Of a stretch of 35,326 nt of DNA, positions 8,678-18,025 are shown one piece after another; the stretch's first letter is position 1; the number at the start of each line of letters is the position of its first letter. Location of the stretch: contig JAMDCX010000075.1 in assembly GCA_023489375.1 (NCBI GenBank), positions 1-35,326 of the forward strand. The letters are read 5' to 3'. Source of the stretch: Planctomycetota bacterium (GTDB lineage: Bacteria > Planctomycetota > Phycisphaerae > WQYP01). The notes below the pieces were generated by a model. That model saw only the letters and a program-made list of their open reading frames with translations. It ran no database searches and was not told where the DNA came from. Both the position numbers and the translations under genes were made by a program.

Positions 8678-10785
8678 ATTACTTTGTCACGCCATCCACC
8701 GCCCGCAGGCTGCACAAAAATCTGCAGCGCGGACGGATATTGTTATTGTCCATCGGGCTGCCATTGGTTCTGGCCTACTCCCTTACCACAGCCGCCGACA
8801 GCCTATGGAAATCACTATTGGTTTTTATTGGCTTTGGCTCGGTTATATTTTTTCATGAACTGGGACATTTTCTGGCCGCTAAAACTTTTGGTGTGCGCTG
8901 TGATGTATTTGCCGTCGGAATCGGTCCGCGGTTATGCGGCTGGAGGAAGGGAGCCGGATTTTCCTTTGGTAATGTACAGATCGGACCGGCTCCGACGACT
9001 TCAGATTCCAAGACCCCGGCGGGTGGAACTGGTACCGAAACCAAACCGGTATTAGGCGAAACCGATTATCGCTTAGCCTGGCTGCCGTTTGGAGGTTATG
9101 TACGGATGCTGGGGCAAGATGATATGGATCCTGCCAAAGTCAGTGAGGATCCGGCTTCTTTTGGCAAAAAACCGATCTGGCAGCGGATGATTATTATCTC
9201 CGCGGGCGTGACGATGAACATTATTTTTGCCATCATTGTCTTTGCTGTGGTTTTCCGTTTGGGGCTTAAAGTTCAGCCCGCGCTCATTGGTGGCGTGGCC
9301 TATGACAGTCCGGCGCAAAAGGCGGGGCTGCATGTCGGCGATCAGATTATTTCCATCAATGACCGAAAACCGCGCGGATTTCTGGAATTTCCTGATTTAC
9401 AGATGGCGGCGGCGTTAAGCAGCCGTGGACAGCCCATGAGTTTGCAGTATCGTCCCAATGGCGGCCGAACTGTGCGGAGCGTCACGCTCCAAGCGGTTAT
9501 TCCACCGGGTGGTGGCTTGCTAAGTATCGGGGTATCCGCGGCGCCATCCTTACGCATTCCGCCTATGTCCAAATCCAATTTCAAAAAACTTATCGCTCTG
9601 GATCCGGCGCAGGCCGCGTTCAGACCGGGATGCCGTATTGTGCGATGTAACGGCGTGGGGGTACATGGCTGGGGGCAGTTGTATGACCTGATTCAGGCCT
9701 CCAACGGTCAGGTTATGACTTTTATTTTACGCTCCAAACATGGGAAATTATATCACGCTACTGCTCAACCGACACTGGATGTTCGAGCTTGGGTGAATTC
9801 CATTCCGCCAATACTGGGGATGTTTCCGCGGATTATTTTGGAGGCGGTGGAACCGGGTAGCTCTGCGGCCAAAGCCGGCCTGAAAGCTGGAGATGTTATT
9901 TTGCGGGTTGGTACGCTGACCAATCCGGACATTTATTCATTTCGTAAGAGTATTGAGGAAAACGCCGGACAGAATATTGCCGTTGCCGTTTGGCGCAACG
10001 GAAAAAAATTGACTGTTACCTGCACTCCGGAAACCAAATCCGGCAAGGGTTTTCTCGGCGTAGCCATGGGGTTGGACCTTGCTGCCCCGGTTGTAGGCGA
10101 TGTAACACGTTCACTGGCCGAACGGGGAATTACACCCGGCTCTACCATATCGGCCATGGGACCGGCGGGAACACCAGTGGCGAAGCTTCAAAACATAAAA
10201 AACTGGTATCAGATTTTTGCTCTAGCCAGGAAACTGGACGGTCGAAAGGCCGAACTGGTATTCGCCGGTAAGTCACGGCCTGTAACCCTGTCACTGACCG
10301 GGTCGATGATGGCGTTTCTAAAACAATATCAATATCGCCTGGGGTTGGCCTTGCTGCCGGAAATGCGGTTGCAGAAAAGTCATAGTACCTATGGTGCCAT
10401 TGCCATGGGACTCGATCATACCTGGAACTGGATACTACGGACTTATGCCACGTTGCGCGGTTTAGGTGCCGGTACCGTACCGGCCCACGAGTTGCACGGG
10501 GTAGTGGGTATCGTGCCGATTCTTTATGAATCCGAGAGCCTGGGGAATACCATGCTGTTGTATTTCCTTGGTTTGATCTCGGTAAATTTGGCGGTCATTA
10601 ACTTTCTGCCGCTGCCGGTACTGGACGGCGGCTTATTTGTAATGCTGCTGATTGAGAAAATCCGAGGCCGTCCATTGTCGGTAAAAGTGCAAACCGCTAT
10701 TCAAGTGGTGGGTATTACGCTGATTGCCGGGATATTTTTATATGTTACCATCTTCAACGATTTGCCAAGTTTATTCCGACATTGA
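8674..10785 (+). CDS. rseP: RseP-type site-2 zinc metalloprotease (M50) with expanded PDZ region
   Basis: The HELGHFLAAK (HExxH) motif lies in the first membrane segment and NFLPLPVLDGG near the C terminus. There are several PDZ-like blocks (AQKAGLHVGDQIISIN, AAKAGLKAGDVILRVG). The ATG overlaps the dxr stop (ATGA). Confidence 0.85.
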   Translation: MNYFVTPSTARRLHKNLQRGRILLLSIGLPLVLAYSLTTAADSLWKSLLVFIGFGSVIFFHELGHFLAAKTFGVRCDVFAVGIGPRLCGWRKGAGFSFGNVQIGPAPTTSDSKTPAGGTGTETKPVLGETDYRLAWLPFGGYVRMLGQDDMDPAKVSEDPASFGKKPIWQRMIIISAGVTMNIIFAIIVFAVVFRLGLKVQPALIGGVAYDSPAQKAGLHVGDQIISINDRKPRGFLEFPDLQMAAALSSRGQPMSLQYRPNGGRTVRSVTLQAVIPPGGGLLSIGVSAAPSLRIPPMSKSNFKKLIALDPAQAAFRPGCRIVRCNGVGVHGWGQLYDLIQASNGQVMTFILRSKHGKLYHATAQPTLDVRAWVNSIPPILGMFPRIILEAVEPGSSAAKAGLKAGDVILRVGTLTNPDIYSFRKSIEENAGQNIAVAVWRNGKKLTVTCTPETKSGKGFLGVAMGLDLAAPVVGDVTRSLAERGITPGSTISAMGPAGTPVAKLQNIKNWYQIFALARKLDGRKAELVFAGKSRPVTLSLTGSMMAFLKQYQYRLGLALLPEMRLQKSHSTYGAIAMGLDHTWNWILRTYATLRGLGAGTVPAHELHGVVGIVPILYESESLGNTMLLYFLGLISVNLAVINFLPLPVLDGGLFVMLLIEKIRGRPLSVKVQTAIQVVGITLIAGIFLYVTIFNDLPSLFRH

Positions 10786-10880
10786 TCTTCCCACCGGCGG
10801 AGTACAGCGTAAGTGTCATACTCCCCCACAACCAGGTGTGCGGTGAAGATAGTATTTCTCCGGTTTCAGGAGTTTGTTTT

Positions 10881-11201
10881 ATGTCGGTAAAACGTCGTCG
10901 GTTCACGTCGCAGTTCAAAGCCAAGGTAGCCATGGAAGCTCTTAAGGGTCAGCGAACAATTGGGGAATTGGCGGGAGTGTATCAGGTGCATCCATCGCAG
11001 ATTGCCGCGTGGAAAAAAAGACTGGTGGATTTCTCGGCCAAGACTTTTGACGACGCCTCGGCGGCCGCTTCCAATCGTGGCGGCCGGAGGAGTATCGCAT
11101 CGTTGTATGGGCAGATCGGACAGCTGCAGCTGGAAATATCGTGGTTAAAAAGTAAGTTAGAACTGGACGACAAATCGAAAATGGCTGGCGGTAAGGTATA
11201 G
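10881..11201 (+). mobile_element. IS3-family transposase OrfA (HTH) only; no OrfB/DDE follows, so an IS remnant
   Basis: KRRRFTSQFKAKVAMEALKGQRTIGELAGVYQVHPSQIAAWKKRLVD is the typical IS3/IS911 OrfA N terminus, followed by a leucine-zipper-like tail. Family-C/B repeat DNA starts 5 nt after the stop. Confidence 0.7.
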
Positions 11202-11216
11202 GCGCCGTGAATGGTT

Positions 11217-11380
11217 GCGGCCATATTTTTTGGTAAAAGCTCACCGTCATACTTATTTGCATATTCGAGAAATCTCCGCGTCCTGGCCCGCCTTTGCCCC
11301 CCCAAAAAGCCGTTGGTATAGAGCATTGCCAATGGATACTCTGGAGGCTGGTATTGATTTGAATGCCACAATTTCTGGCC
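11217..11380 (+). repeat. Family-B module, copy B1
   Basis: It aligns along its length with 21379-21546 and with 31423-31488 plus 32067-32177. The ends gcggccatattttttggt and gccacaatttctggcc are imperfect inverted repeats. Confidence 0.7.
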
Positions 11381-11485
11381 ATACCCCTTTCCACATAACC
11401 ATACCGATATTCATCTCCACTTTTGCGTCGTCTGCCGGGCAACGCCTTTGCCGCGCCGCAACGCCCTGCGGTGGTTCGCATCCGC

Positions 11486-11565
11486 TTGTGAAAAAAATTG
11501 AAAAGAGTATAATATGGATGCTTGAATTCCCGCGAGGAGCATGTTGGCATGTGCTGACAGCATCC
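11486..11565 (+). promoter_or_regulatory. Candidate rpsO promoter and structured 5' leader
   Basis: TTGTGA (11486-11491), a 16-nt spacer, then TATAAT (11508-11513). The leader can close a stem GGATGCT (11516-11522) / AGCATCC (11559-11565). S15 is known to autoregulate through leader structures in several phyla. Confidence 0.4.
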
Positions 11566-11599
11566 CGTAGTAAAAATAGCGAAAGGTATTAACGGAAAA

Positions 11600-11866
11600 A
11601 TGATCACCGAGGAAAAAAAGCGGAAAATTATCACTGAAACACGTACCCATGAAAAAGACACCGGATCAGCGGAAGTGCAAATAGCTCTGCTGACCGAGCG
11701 GATAAATGAACTCACCGAGCATCTCCAGACGCACAGGAAAGACTTCTCTTCGCGACGCGGGTTGCTTAAAATGGTGGGAAAACGATCCAGCTTGTTGAAA
11801 TATCTGACCCGCACGGATCCCCAGCGGTATCAGGCCATTATCACCCGCCTCGGATTGCGCAAGTAA
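11600..11866 (+). CDS. rpsO: 30S ribosomal protein S15
   Basis: The 88-aa product contains [26 protein letters not shown]...[18 protein letters not shown], a canonical S15 sequence. It lies upstream of pnp, as in most bacteria. Confidence 0.95.
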   Translation: MITEEKKRKIITETRTHEKDTGSAEVQIALLTERINELTEHLQTHRKDFSSRRGLLKMVGKRSSLLKYLTRTDPQRYQAIITRLGLRK

Positions 11867-12163
11867 CGCGGCCACTGAGCGTGGTGGCCAGTGTATCTCA
11901 CACTAATCCGACCGGCTTTTATCCCGGTGTCTTTTGCATGCAGCGCTTTTTCCGGAACTTTCCGGATAGCGTCTGTAGCCATTAGGCTTGGCAGGGCGAA
12001 AGTATGGTGCGGATCGCCCCGCTGTGAAAATGCTTATGGTTTATGTAATAAACGGATTTCAGTGGTGTGGTATGCCGATGGAATTGGAACGCAGGTGATT
12101 GTTCAAAAGGTTGTAATTATTGGTTAATGGATAGTTGTTAAAGGTTTTTTTGAAGGACAAACA

Positions 12164-14356
12164 ATGACGGTAACTAAGGTTGAAACAGAAATAAACGGTC
12201 GTAATTTTTCCATGGAGACGGGATTTCTCGCCAAACAGGCGGATGGCGCGATATTGGTGCGCTTTGGAGATACCGTGGTGCTCACCACTGTCGTATCCTC
12301 CGATCCACGCCCCGGTGTAGATTTTTTTCCACTGACGGTCGATTATCGTGAAAAAACTTCGGCGGCGGGAAAATTCCCCGGTGGCTTTATCAAGCGCGAA
12401 GGCCGGCCTTCCACCAAGGAAACCCTGACAGCGCGAATGATTGATCGCCCCTTGCGGCCGCTGTTTCCCGTGGGCTTTTTCGATGAAGTGTTGATTCAGT
12501 CCATGGTTCTTTCCGCGGACGGGCAAAATGATCCTGACGTTCTGGCCATGCTCGGAGCCTCGGCCGCTCTGGCTATCAGCAGTATTCCGTTTGAAGGCCC
12601 GATCGGCGCAGTACGCGTGGGACGGATTAACGGTCAGCTGGTGTTAATGCCGACCCAGACGGAAATGGATACGTCGGATCTGGACTTGTTGCTTACCGGT
12701 ACCGAGCAGACCCTTAATATGATTGAAGTCGGAGCGCGGGAACAAACGGAAGCCTCCATTATGGAAGCCATTGCTTTCGGACACGATTTTATTCGGAAAT
12801 TGGTGGCCTTACAGCGGGAACTGATGACCAAAGTCGGTAAACAGAAAGTGTGTGTGCTCCATGCTCCGCCGGGAACGCTGGTAACACAGATTGCGGCTTA
12901 CGCGGACCGCCTGCGGCAAGCGCGGCAAATTCCCGGCAAGCAGGATCGCAATCAGGCGGTCGATTTAATTAAGAAAGAAATAACCGATCACTTGACGGCC
13001 GTGGATGTGAAAACCGGTAAGCCCGCCAATGATCCCGCCCATGTGGCCATGGCGATTTCCCAGATTGAAGAAAAAGTGGTACGGGATCTGATTCTCTCCG
13101 GCGTGCGCCCCGATGGAAGAAATTTCACCACGATTCGTCCTATCACAGGTCAAGTGGGTGTATTGCCCCGTACGCATGGCTCAGCGGTATTCTGCCGGGG
13201 GGAAACGCAGGCACTGGTCACAACCACCTTAGGGACTGGTGATGATGAACAGATTGTCGATGGATTGGGTGAAGAGTATTCCAAAAAGTTCATGCTGCAT
13301 TACAATTTTCCACCATTTGCAACCGGTGAAGTAAAGCGCATTATGGGGCCGGGCCGGCGTGAAATTGGTCACGGCGCTTTGGCGGAGCGTTCGCTGGAAC
13401 CAGTGTTGCCGTCACCGGAACAGTTCCCTTATGTCATACGCGTAGTATCCGATATTCTGGAATCCAACGGCAGTTCGTCCATGGCTACCGTGTGTGGCGG
13501 CACGCTGGCGTTGCTGGACGCGGGCGTTCCTTTAATCCGGCCTGTGGCCGGCATCAGCATTGGATTGGTCAGTGAAGGGAACCGTGAAGTCTTGATCACG
13601 GATATTCTGGGAGAGGAAGATCATTTTGGCGATATGGATTTCAAAGTTTCCGGCACCACGCAGGGAATTACCGGTATCCAGCTGGATTTGAAAATTCATG
13701 GCTTACGCATGGATCAAATTGCGGCCACCCTCGAACAGGCACGCGTAGCGCGTTTGCAGATTCTGGAAAAAATGTACGCCGTTATTTCCACGCATCGGGC
13801 GGAAATATCGCCCTTTGCCCCGCGCTTATTGACCCTTCATATTAATCCCGAGAAGATTGGCAAAGTCATCGGCCCCGGCGGAAAGACCATCAAAAAAATT
13901 GTGGAAACCACTGGAGCCAAGATTGATATTGAAGATGACGGCACGGTCTTTATTTCCGCCTTGGGAATGCAGGCCGCTGAACGGGCGCGGGAAGAAGTGG
14001 AACGGCTGACTGAAGATGTCAAGGTTGGCCGGATTTATAACGGCAAGGTTTCATCCGTTAAGGACTTTGGCGCGTTTGTTGAGGTGATTCCCGGCGTTGA
14101 TGGCCTGTGTCACATCAGTGAATTGTCAGATAAATACGTTAAAAACGCACTCGACGAAGTAAAAGCAGGCCAGGAAATTCGTGTTAAGGTTATCGCCATT
14201 GATGATCAGGGGCGAATTAAGCTTTCCCGTAAACAGGCGATGCGCGATGAAAATTCACACGCTGCGCCCGCCGCCACGGTACCGGCCACGGCGCCGACAA
14301 CAACAACAGCGGCGGCAGCAAAATGCAACTCCGTTCCCTCGACTCCAGGCAAATAA
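12164..14356 (+). CDS. pnp: Polyribonucleotide nucleotidyltransferase (PNPase)
   Basis: Two RNase PH domains, a KH domain (GKVIGPGGKTIKKI) and an S1 domain (GRIYNGKVSSVKDFGAFVE) are present. The C-terminal tail is Ala/Thr/Pro-rich. Confidence 0.95.
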   Translation: MTVTKVETEINGRNFSMETGFLAKQADGAILVRFGDTVVLTTVVSSDPRPGVDFFPLTVDYREKTSAAGKFPGGFIKREGRPSTKETLTARMIDRPLRPLFPVGFFDEVLIQSMVLSADGQNDPDVLAMLGASAALAISSIPFEGPIGAVRVGRINGQLVLMPTQTEMDTSDLDLLLTGTEQTLNMIEVGAREQTEASIMEAIAFGHDFIRKLVALQRELMTKVGKQKVCVLHAPPGTLVTQIAAYADRLRQARQIPGKQDRNQAVDLIKKEITDHLTAVDVKTGKPANDPAHVAMAISQIEEKVVRDLILSGVRPDGRNFTTIRPITGQVGVLPRTHGSAVFCRGETQALVTTTLGTGDDEQIVDGLGEEYSKKFMLHYNFPPFATGEVKRIMGPGRREIGHGALAERSLEPVLPSPEQFPYVIRVVSDILESNGSSSMATVCGGTLALLDAGVPLIRPVAGISIGLVSEGNREVLITDILGEEDHFGDMDFKVSGTTQGITGIQLDLKIHGLRMDQIAATLEQARVARLQILEKMYAVISTHRAEISPFAPRLLTLHINPEKIGKVIGPGGKTIKKIVETTGAKIDIEDDGTVFISALGMQAAERAREEVERLTEDVKVGRIYNGKVSSVKDFGAFVEVIPGVDGLCHISELSDKYVKNALDEVKAGQEIRVKVIAIDDQGRIKLSRKQAMRDENSHAAPAATVPATAPTTTTAAAAKCNSVPSTPGK

Positions 14357-14369
14357 AAATGGTGTAATT

Positions 14370-15134
14370 ATGGTTGAGCCTGACGTGGATTCCAAGACCG
14401 CACCTGGGAACCCGGAAGATTCTTCCGCTGATACTTTAGAGCGGGAACGCGATCGGTTGGCGCGACTGGAACATCTGGCCAAGCTGGGAGAATTAGCCAG
14501 CGGTTTGGCGCATGAACTGAAAAATCCATTATCCACCATCAAGCTTAACCTGCAATTATTGCAGGAAGATTTATCTTCTCTGCCCGGTGCGGAAACCAGC
14601 CGGTTTCGAGCTGGAACCTTACGCAAAGAAGTGGACCGGTTAAGTCATACACTGGATGATTTTTTACGCTTTGCGGGGCGCCTCGAGCTGCATCTCCAGT
14701 CCACACGTCTCAACGATTTAGTGCGGGATCTGGTTGATTTCTTCCGTCCGCAGGCACAGGGGGCCAATGTGCGACTTCATACCAGCCTTTGTACCGAAGA
14801 ACCTGTTTGCCTGTTAGATCCCGATTTAATCAAACAGGCACTGCTGAATTTGATGATTAATGGCGTTCAGGCCATGCCGGGAGGTGGGGACTTGATTATC
14901 CGCACGCATCTGGATCAACAACGGGTGTATCTGGACGTTGCGGACACGGGATCAGGAGTGGCTCCGGCATCGGTTCCACATGTATTTGAAGCCTATTATA
15001 CCACCAAAAAGGGCGGCACCGGCCTTGGCCTGGCCACTACCCGACGCATTATTGAAGAACATCGAGGTCACATTTCCTTCACCAGTGAGACCGGCAAAGG
15101 AACTAATTTTCGTCTCGATTTGCCACGGCAATAG
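14370..15134 (+). CDS. Soluble histidine kinase core (HisKA + HATPase_c) with no sensor or TM domain
   Basis: H-box ELASGLAHELKNPLSTI, N-box LLNLMINGVQAM, and G-boxes DTGSGV and GGTGLGL. The ATG at 14370 lies 13 nt after the pnp stop. The longer ORF from 14181 overlaps pnp. Confidence 0.8.
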   Translation: MVEPDVDSKTAPGNPEDSSADTLERERDRLARLEHLAKLGELASGLAHELKNPLSTIKLNLQLLQEDLSSLPGAETSRFRAGTLRKEVDRLSHTLDDFLRFAGRLELHLQSTRLNDLVRDLVDFFRPQAQGANVRLHTSLCTEEPVCLLDPDLIKQALLNLMINGVQAMPGGGDLIIRTHLDQQRVYLDVADTGSGVAPASVPHVFEAYYTTKKGGTGLGLATTRRIIEEHRGHISFTSETGKGTNFRLDLPRQ

Positions 15135-15365
15135 CTAACCATCGAGATACTTAAGCATCAAGCATAAATAACATAAACGATTGTTGGTGGGGAGAAAGTG
15201 TAGTTCTATTAATAACAGCTCAAAAAGGCGTGTTAATACCTGAATTGTGGATCATTCCGCCAATGGCTACACATTATATTTAATGGTAAAAAGATTAGAT
15301 GGCCGGACTGGCCGGACCGCTAAATATATGGTATCATTTTATTATGAATTTTTGATGGAGTTTTT

Positions 15366-15761
15366 GTGGTTACATATACTCTTAAACAAGTGGGACCGTT
15401 TGCAATTGAAATTGATAGCGGTACGTGGAAAATGCGGTTGGATCAACCGATGAAACGTGGTGGTGGTGATTCCGGACCGGGCCCGACAGACCTGGTACCC
15501 ATTGCCGTAGCAGGCTGTGAGATGATGCTGGCCTTGATCAGTGCCAGCAATCACGGTCATCCGTTAACTGGAGTTGAGGCTACAGTAGATAAACAATTTT
15601 TACCCAATCCTTCGCGACTCGCTGATATGCATGTGGTGCTAAAAAATGTGCTTAGCCAGCTGCCACCGGAACTCCACGAACGGGTCAAGGCCGCCATTGC
15701 GGCGTGTCCCGTGGTCAATACGCTGGAGCAGCCACCGAAGGTCTATTCGGACATTTCGTAA
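15366..15761 (+). CDS. OsmC/Ohr-family peroxiredoxin-like protein
   Basis: The 131-aa product has GPGPTDLVPIAVAGCEMM and a C-terminal ACPVVNTL, the two conserved Cys regions of the OsmC fold. The start is GTG with GGAG 6 nt upstream. Confidence 0.8.
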   Translation: MVTYTLKQVGPFAIEIDSGTWKMRLDQPMKRGGGDSGPGPTDLVPIAVAGCEMMLALISASNHGHPLTGVEATVDKQFLPNPSRLADMHVVLKNVLSQLPPELHERVKAAIAACPVVNTLEQPPKVYSDIS

Positions 15762-15968
15762 ACACAAAGTGGCCTGATGAACCCCATAATATTCCGTAAC
15801 CATTCACTGTTCCCCAGGTGCGGTTTTCCGGACACCTCGGAGCAGGATAATAGTTTCTGACTGCGCAATGATATTGCCGAACCGCGGACGTCATCTGCGC
15901 AGAGATTTTCAGGACAGGTGTTTTACAACCACTTGCATACACATGCAGTAATCTACATATCAATGTAT

Positions 15969-16042
15969 TGGGCGGTGAGGGACTCGAACCCCCGACATCC
16001 GCGGTGTAAACACGGCGCTCTAACCAACTGAGCTAACCGCCC
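15969..16042 (-). tRNA. tRNA-Val (anticodon TAC); CCA not encoded
   Basis: Hand-folded: acceptor GGGCGGT/ACCGCCC, D arm GCTC-AGTTGGTTA-GAGC, anticodon arm CCGTG-TTTACAC-CGCGG, T arm GGGGG-TTCGAGT-CCCTC, discriminator A. Confidence 0.9.
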
Positions 16043-16063
16043 GATTGACTACAGAATAGCTGA

Positions 16064-16093
16064 TTTATACCATTTCAGCCACTGCCGCCTCAA
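16064..16093 (-). promoter_or_regulatory. sigma70-like (extended -10) promoter for tRNA-Val(TAC)
   Basis: The minus strand reads TTGAGG (16093-16088), an 18-nt spacer ending in TGG, then TATAAA (16069-16064). The -10 ends about 21 nt upstream of the tRNA 5' end. Confidence 0.4.
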
Positions 16094-16194
16094 GATTTGC
16101 TGTTTCCAGTTCCCCTATTTCATTGTGATGGAGGGGCACGTCCCACGATTGCTTATCCAATATAATCGTAAGATGATAAGTGTAATTTGAACAG

Positions 16195-17760
16195 CTATTC
16201 AGTGTGGCCGTTACCAGTTGCCAAAGGACGCCGATTGGTCAGCAAAATGACACCTCGCCCCGGCATGGAAACACTTATTCCGTGTGCTGGAATTATGGTG
16301 TGGAGTATGGTCGAGGCCAAGGGGAATCCCTGTGCATTAACAGGTCGATGTTTTCGAAAATAACGGTATTCAGTGAAGGTGGTAACTGATGTGTCGGCTA
16401 CAACACGTATAACAATGTTTCGTGGTTTTTCTGAATCGTTGACCAGCATGATGCTGATGCGACGATGGCCATGGACCATGCGGATACCGGCGAGAGTACG
16501 AAATTGTTTTGCGTCTATTGGTTCATCAGATTCAACAATGCGCGTCCCCGGAGAAAATAATCGTGACATCAGGGACCAGGTATAAAACCAGGGGCGGATG
16601 TTGAAATCCGCGGAATCACCCATGACCGCCCCCTGCGAATTCCAGAATCCCCAGACTTTGAGGGTTAATTTGCCAGGCGGGTGGATCACGGGTTGGCCAT
16701 TGTCTACACATAAAGCATCATCGAGGTCCCAGGCGGAAATACCGTCCCAACCGGCGCGGAATACCTGCGCCGCATAATCCGCCATCAGTACCCCGTAATC
16801 AAAATGTTTCACGCGCGGCTGCTGATCGTAATGACGGCGCCGCCCATCAATAAGTCCAGATTCACTGACAACGAAGGGCTTATGCCGGGAGCTAAGGTCC
16901 AGGGATTCCACAAGGCGCTTTTCCCGTATCAGTGTGGATTCAATACGTCCATTACATATAGCCGCATCGTGCGGATACCAATGAATATCATACAACCCCA
17001 CCCAGGGGCCGGCGTCTTGCGCCACCTGCCGCAGCAATGGAAAGTTATAGGTGGTACTATTTCCTGGATTCCACCAATAAGTGTCCGGACCGATGATGCT
17101 AACCGCACCCGCCAATCCTGCCCGGACCAACGCCGCATGGAGCGCTTGGGCGACGGATGTCCAAAGTGCAATGGAAACATTTTGGGGTTCGTTAATAAAA
17201 TTATAATAATGGATACATGTATAGCCATCCTGACGACGAAACCTGGCAATCGTGCGGGCCGTGGTATCCGCCCAACGCCGCAACTGGCGGGAAGGCATGG
17301 GCGTGTGCGCATAACGGTGATACAGCGGTGGTGCCCACCAAGTACCCAGAATCACCCGACTATGGTGATTTTGCGCCCAACGAAGAATCAGCGGCACCTC
17401 CAGCTGAACCTTCCAATGACCGTGATTATGGGTGCTCATAACCCGTAGAAAACCCGGGTGCATGAAATTGACGCGTTGCAGTATGATTTTCCATTCCCGC
17501 GCCGAGGGAGGATAGGCATATTGTTCCCACTGCACACCCAATCCAAATATGTCGGAGGTGATTATTCGTTTTGGATAAATGACCACTTCCTGTTTGTCAA
17601 TGGGTGCGGCAAGCACGCCAGCCTGCACTGTTAGAAGCCCCATTGCCGCCATAAGCCACCATCTGAGATGGCCACCGTGGGACTGGCTTTGGGGACGGGT
17701 ATGGCGTGAGTTATAAAAGGCTGTATACTCATCTTTCATTCGCTGTAGGTTAGCGGTCAT
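16195..17760 (-). CDS. Secreted glycoside hydrolase, clan GH-A (cellulase/GH5- or GH30-like TIM barrel)
   Basis: YYNFINEPQ (acid/base Glu in an NEP motif) and FVVSESG (nucleophile Glu) are spaced as in clan GH-A enzymes. A signal-like segment RWWLMAAMGLLTVQAGVLAAP is present. The start is uncertain (17760 or 17739); the ORF is open to 17973. Confidence 0.55.
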   Translation of the reverse strand: MTANLQRMKDEYTAFYNSRHTRPQSQSHGGHLRWWLMAAMGLLTVQAGVLAAPIDKQEVVIYPKRIITSDIFGLGVQWEQYAYPPSAREWKIILQRVNFMHPGFLRVMSTHNHGHWKVQLEVPLILRWAQNHHSRVILGTWWAPPLYHRYAHTPMPSRQLRRWADTTARTIARFRRQDGYTCIHYYNFINEPQNVSIALWTSVAQALHAALVRAGLAGAVSIIGPDTYWWNPGNSTTYNFPLLRQVAQDAGPWVGLYDIHWYPHDAAICNGRIESTLIREKRLVESLDLSSRHKPFVVSESGLIDGRRRHYDQQPRVKHFDYGVLMADYAAQVFRAGWDGISAWDLDDALCVDNGQPVIHPPGKLTLKVWGFWNSQGAVMGDSADFNIRPWFYTWSLMSRLFSPGTRIVESDEPIDAKQFRTLAGIRMVHGHRRISIMLVNDSEKPRNIVIRVVADTSVTTFTEYRYFRKHRPVNAQGFPLASTILHTIIPAHGISVSMPGRGVILLTNRRPLATGNGHTE

Positions 17761-18025
17761 GAAGATATGACGCCATGTGCGCCATGCGAACGACGGAATT
17801 TTAATCAGCAACATCAACCACGGCGTTATATGGCGGTTCTGAAAAAAATCCAACCCCAGAGAGCTTACCCAAAATGAAATTTTTAAAACTGTTGTTTTCA
17901 ACATTCCGTAATCCTCATATAAAGTATTAATCATAGCATCTGGACCACATTGTTTCTTGCAAAAGAGCCCCAATAATTTGTAATTATCGTTGCCGTTTTC
18001 CGGGAACAGACGTAAAATTTATTTG

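Noticed and set aside
10942-11814. 290-aa minus-strand ORF spanning the IS3 OrfA remnant, module B1 and rpsO
   Set aside because: It is antisense to two well-supported genes and runs through repeat DNA. The composition is Arg/Pro/Ser-rich and I recognise no motifs. It is almost certainly a chance ORF.
11870-11889. Hairpin GGCCAC-N8-GTGGCC right after rpsO as an intrinsic terminator (also the hairpin AACTTGAA-N10-TTCAAGTT at 1546-1571)
   Set aside because: The stems are short and neither is followed by a U tract on either strand, so I do not call them terminators. The rpsO one may be an attenuator or RNase III-type site of the pnp leader.
12059-12526. 155-aa minus-strand ORF over the pnp start
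   Set aside because: It is antisense to pnp and its leader and I recognise no motifs.
14181-14369. Upstream extension of the histidine kinase ORF
   Set aside because: It overlaps the pnp C-terminal coding region in another frame and is Arg/Gln/Pro low complexity. The ATG at 14370 follows the pnp stop.
16804-17448. 214-aa plus-strand ORF inside the glycoside hydrolase gene
   Set aside because: It is antisense to a gene with catalytic motifs and I recognise no motifs of its own.
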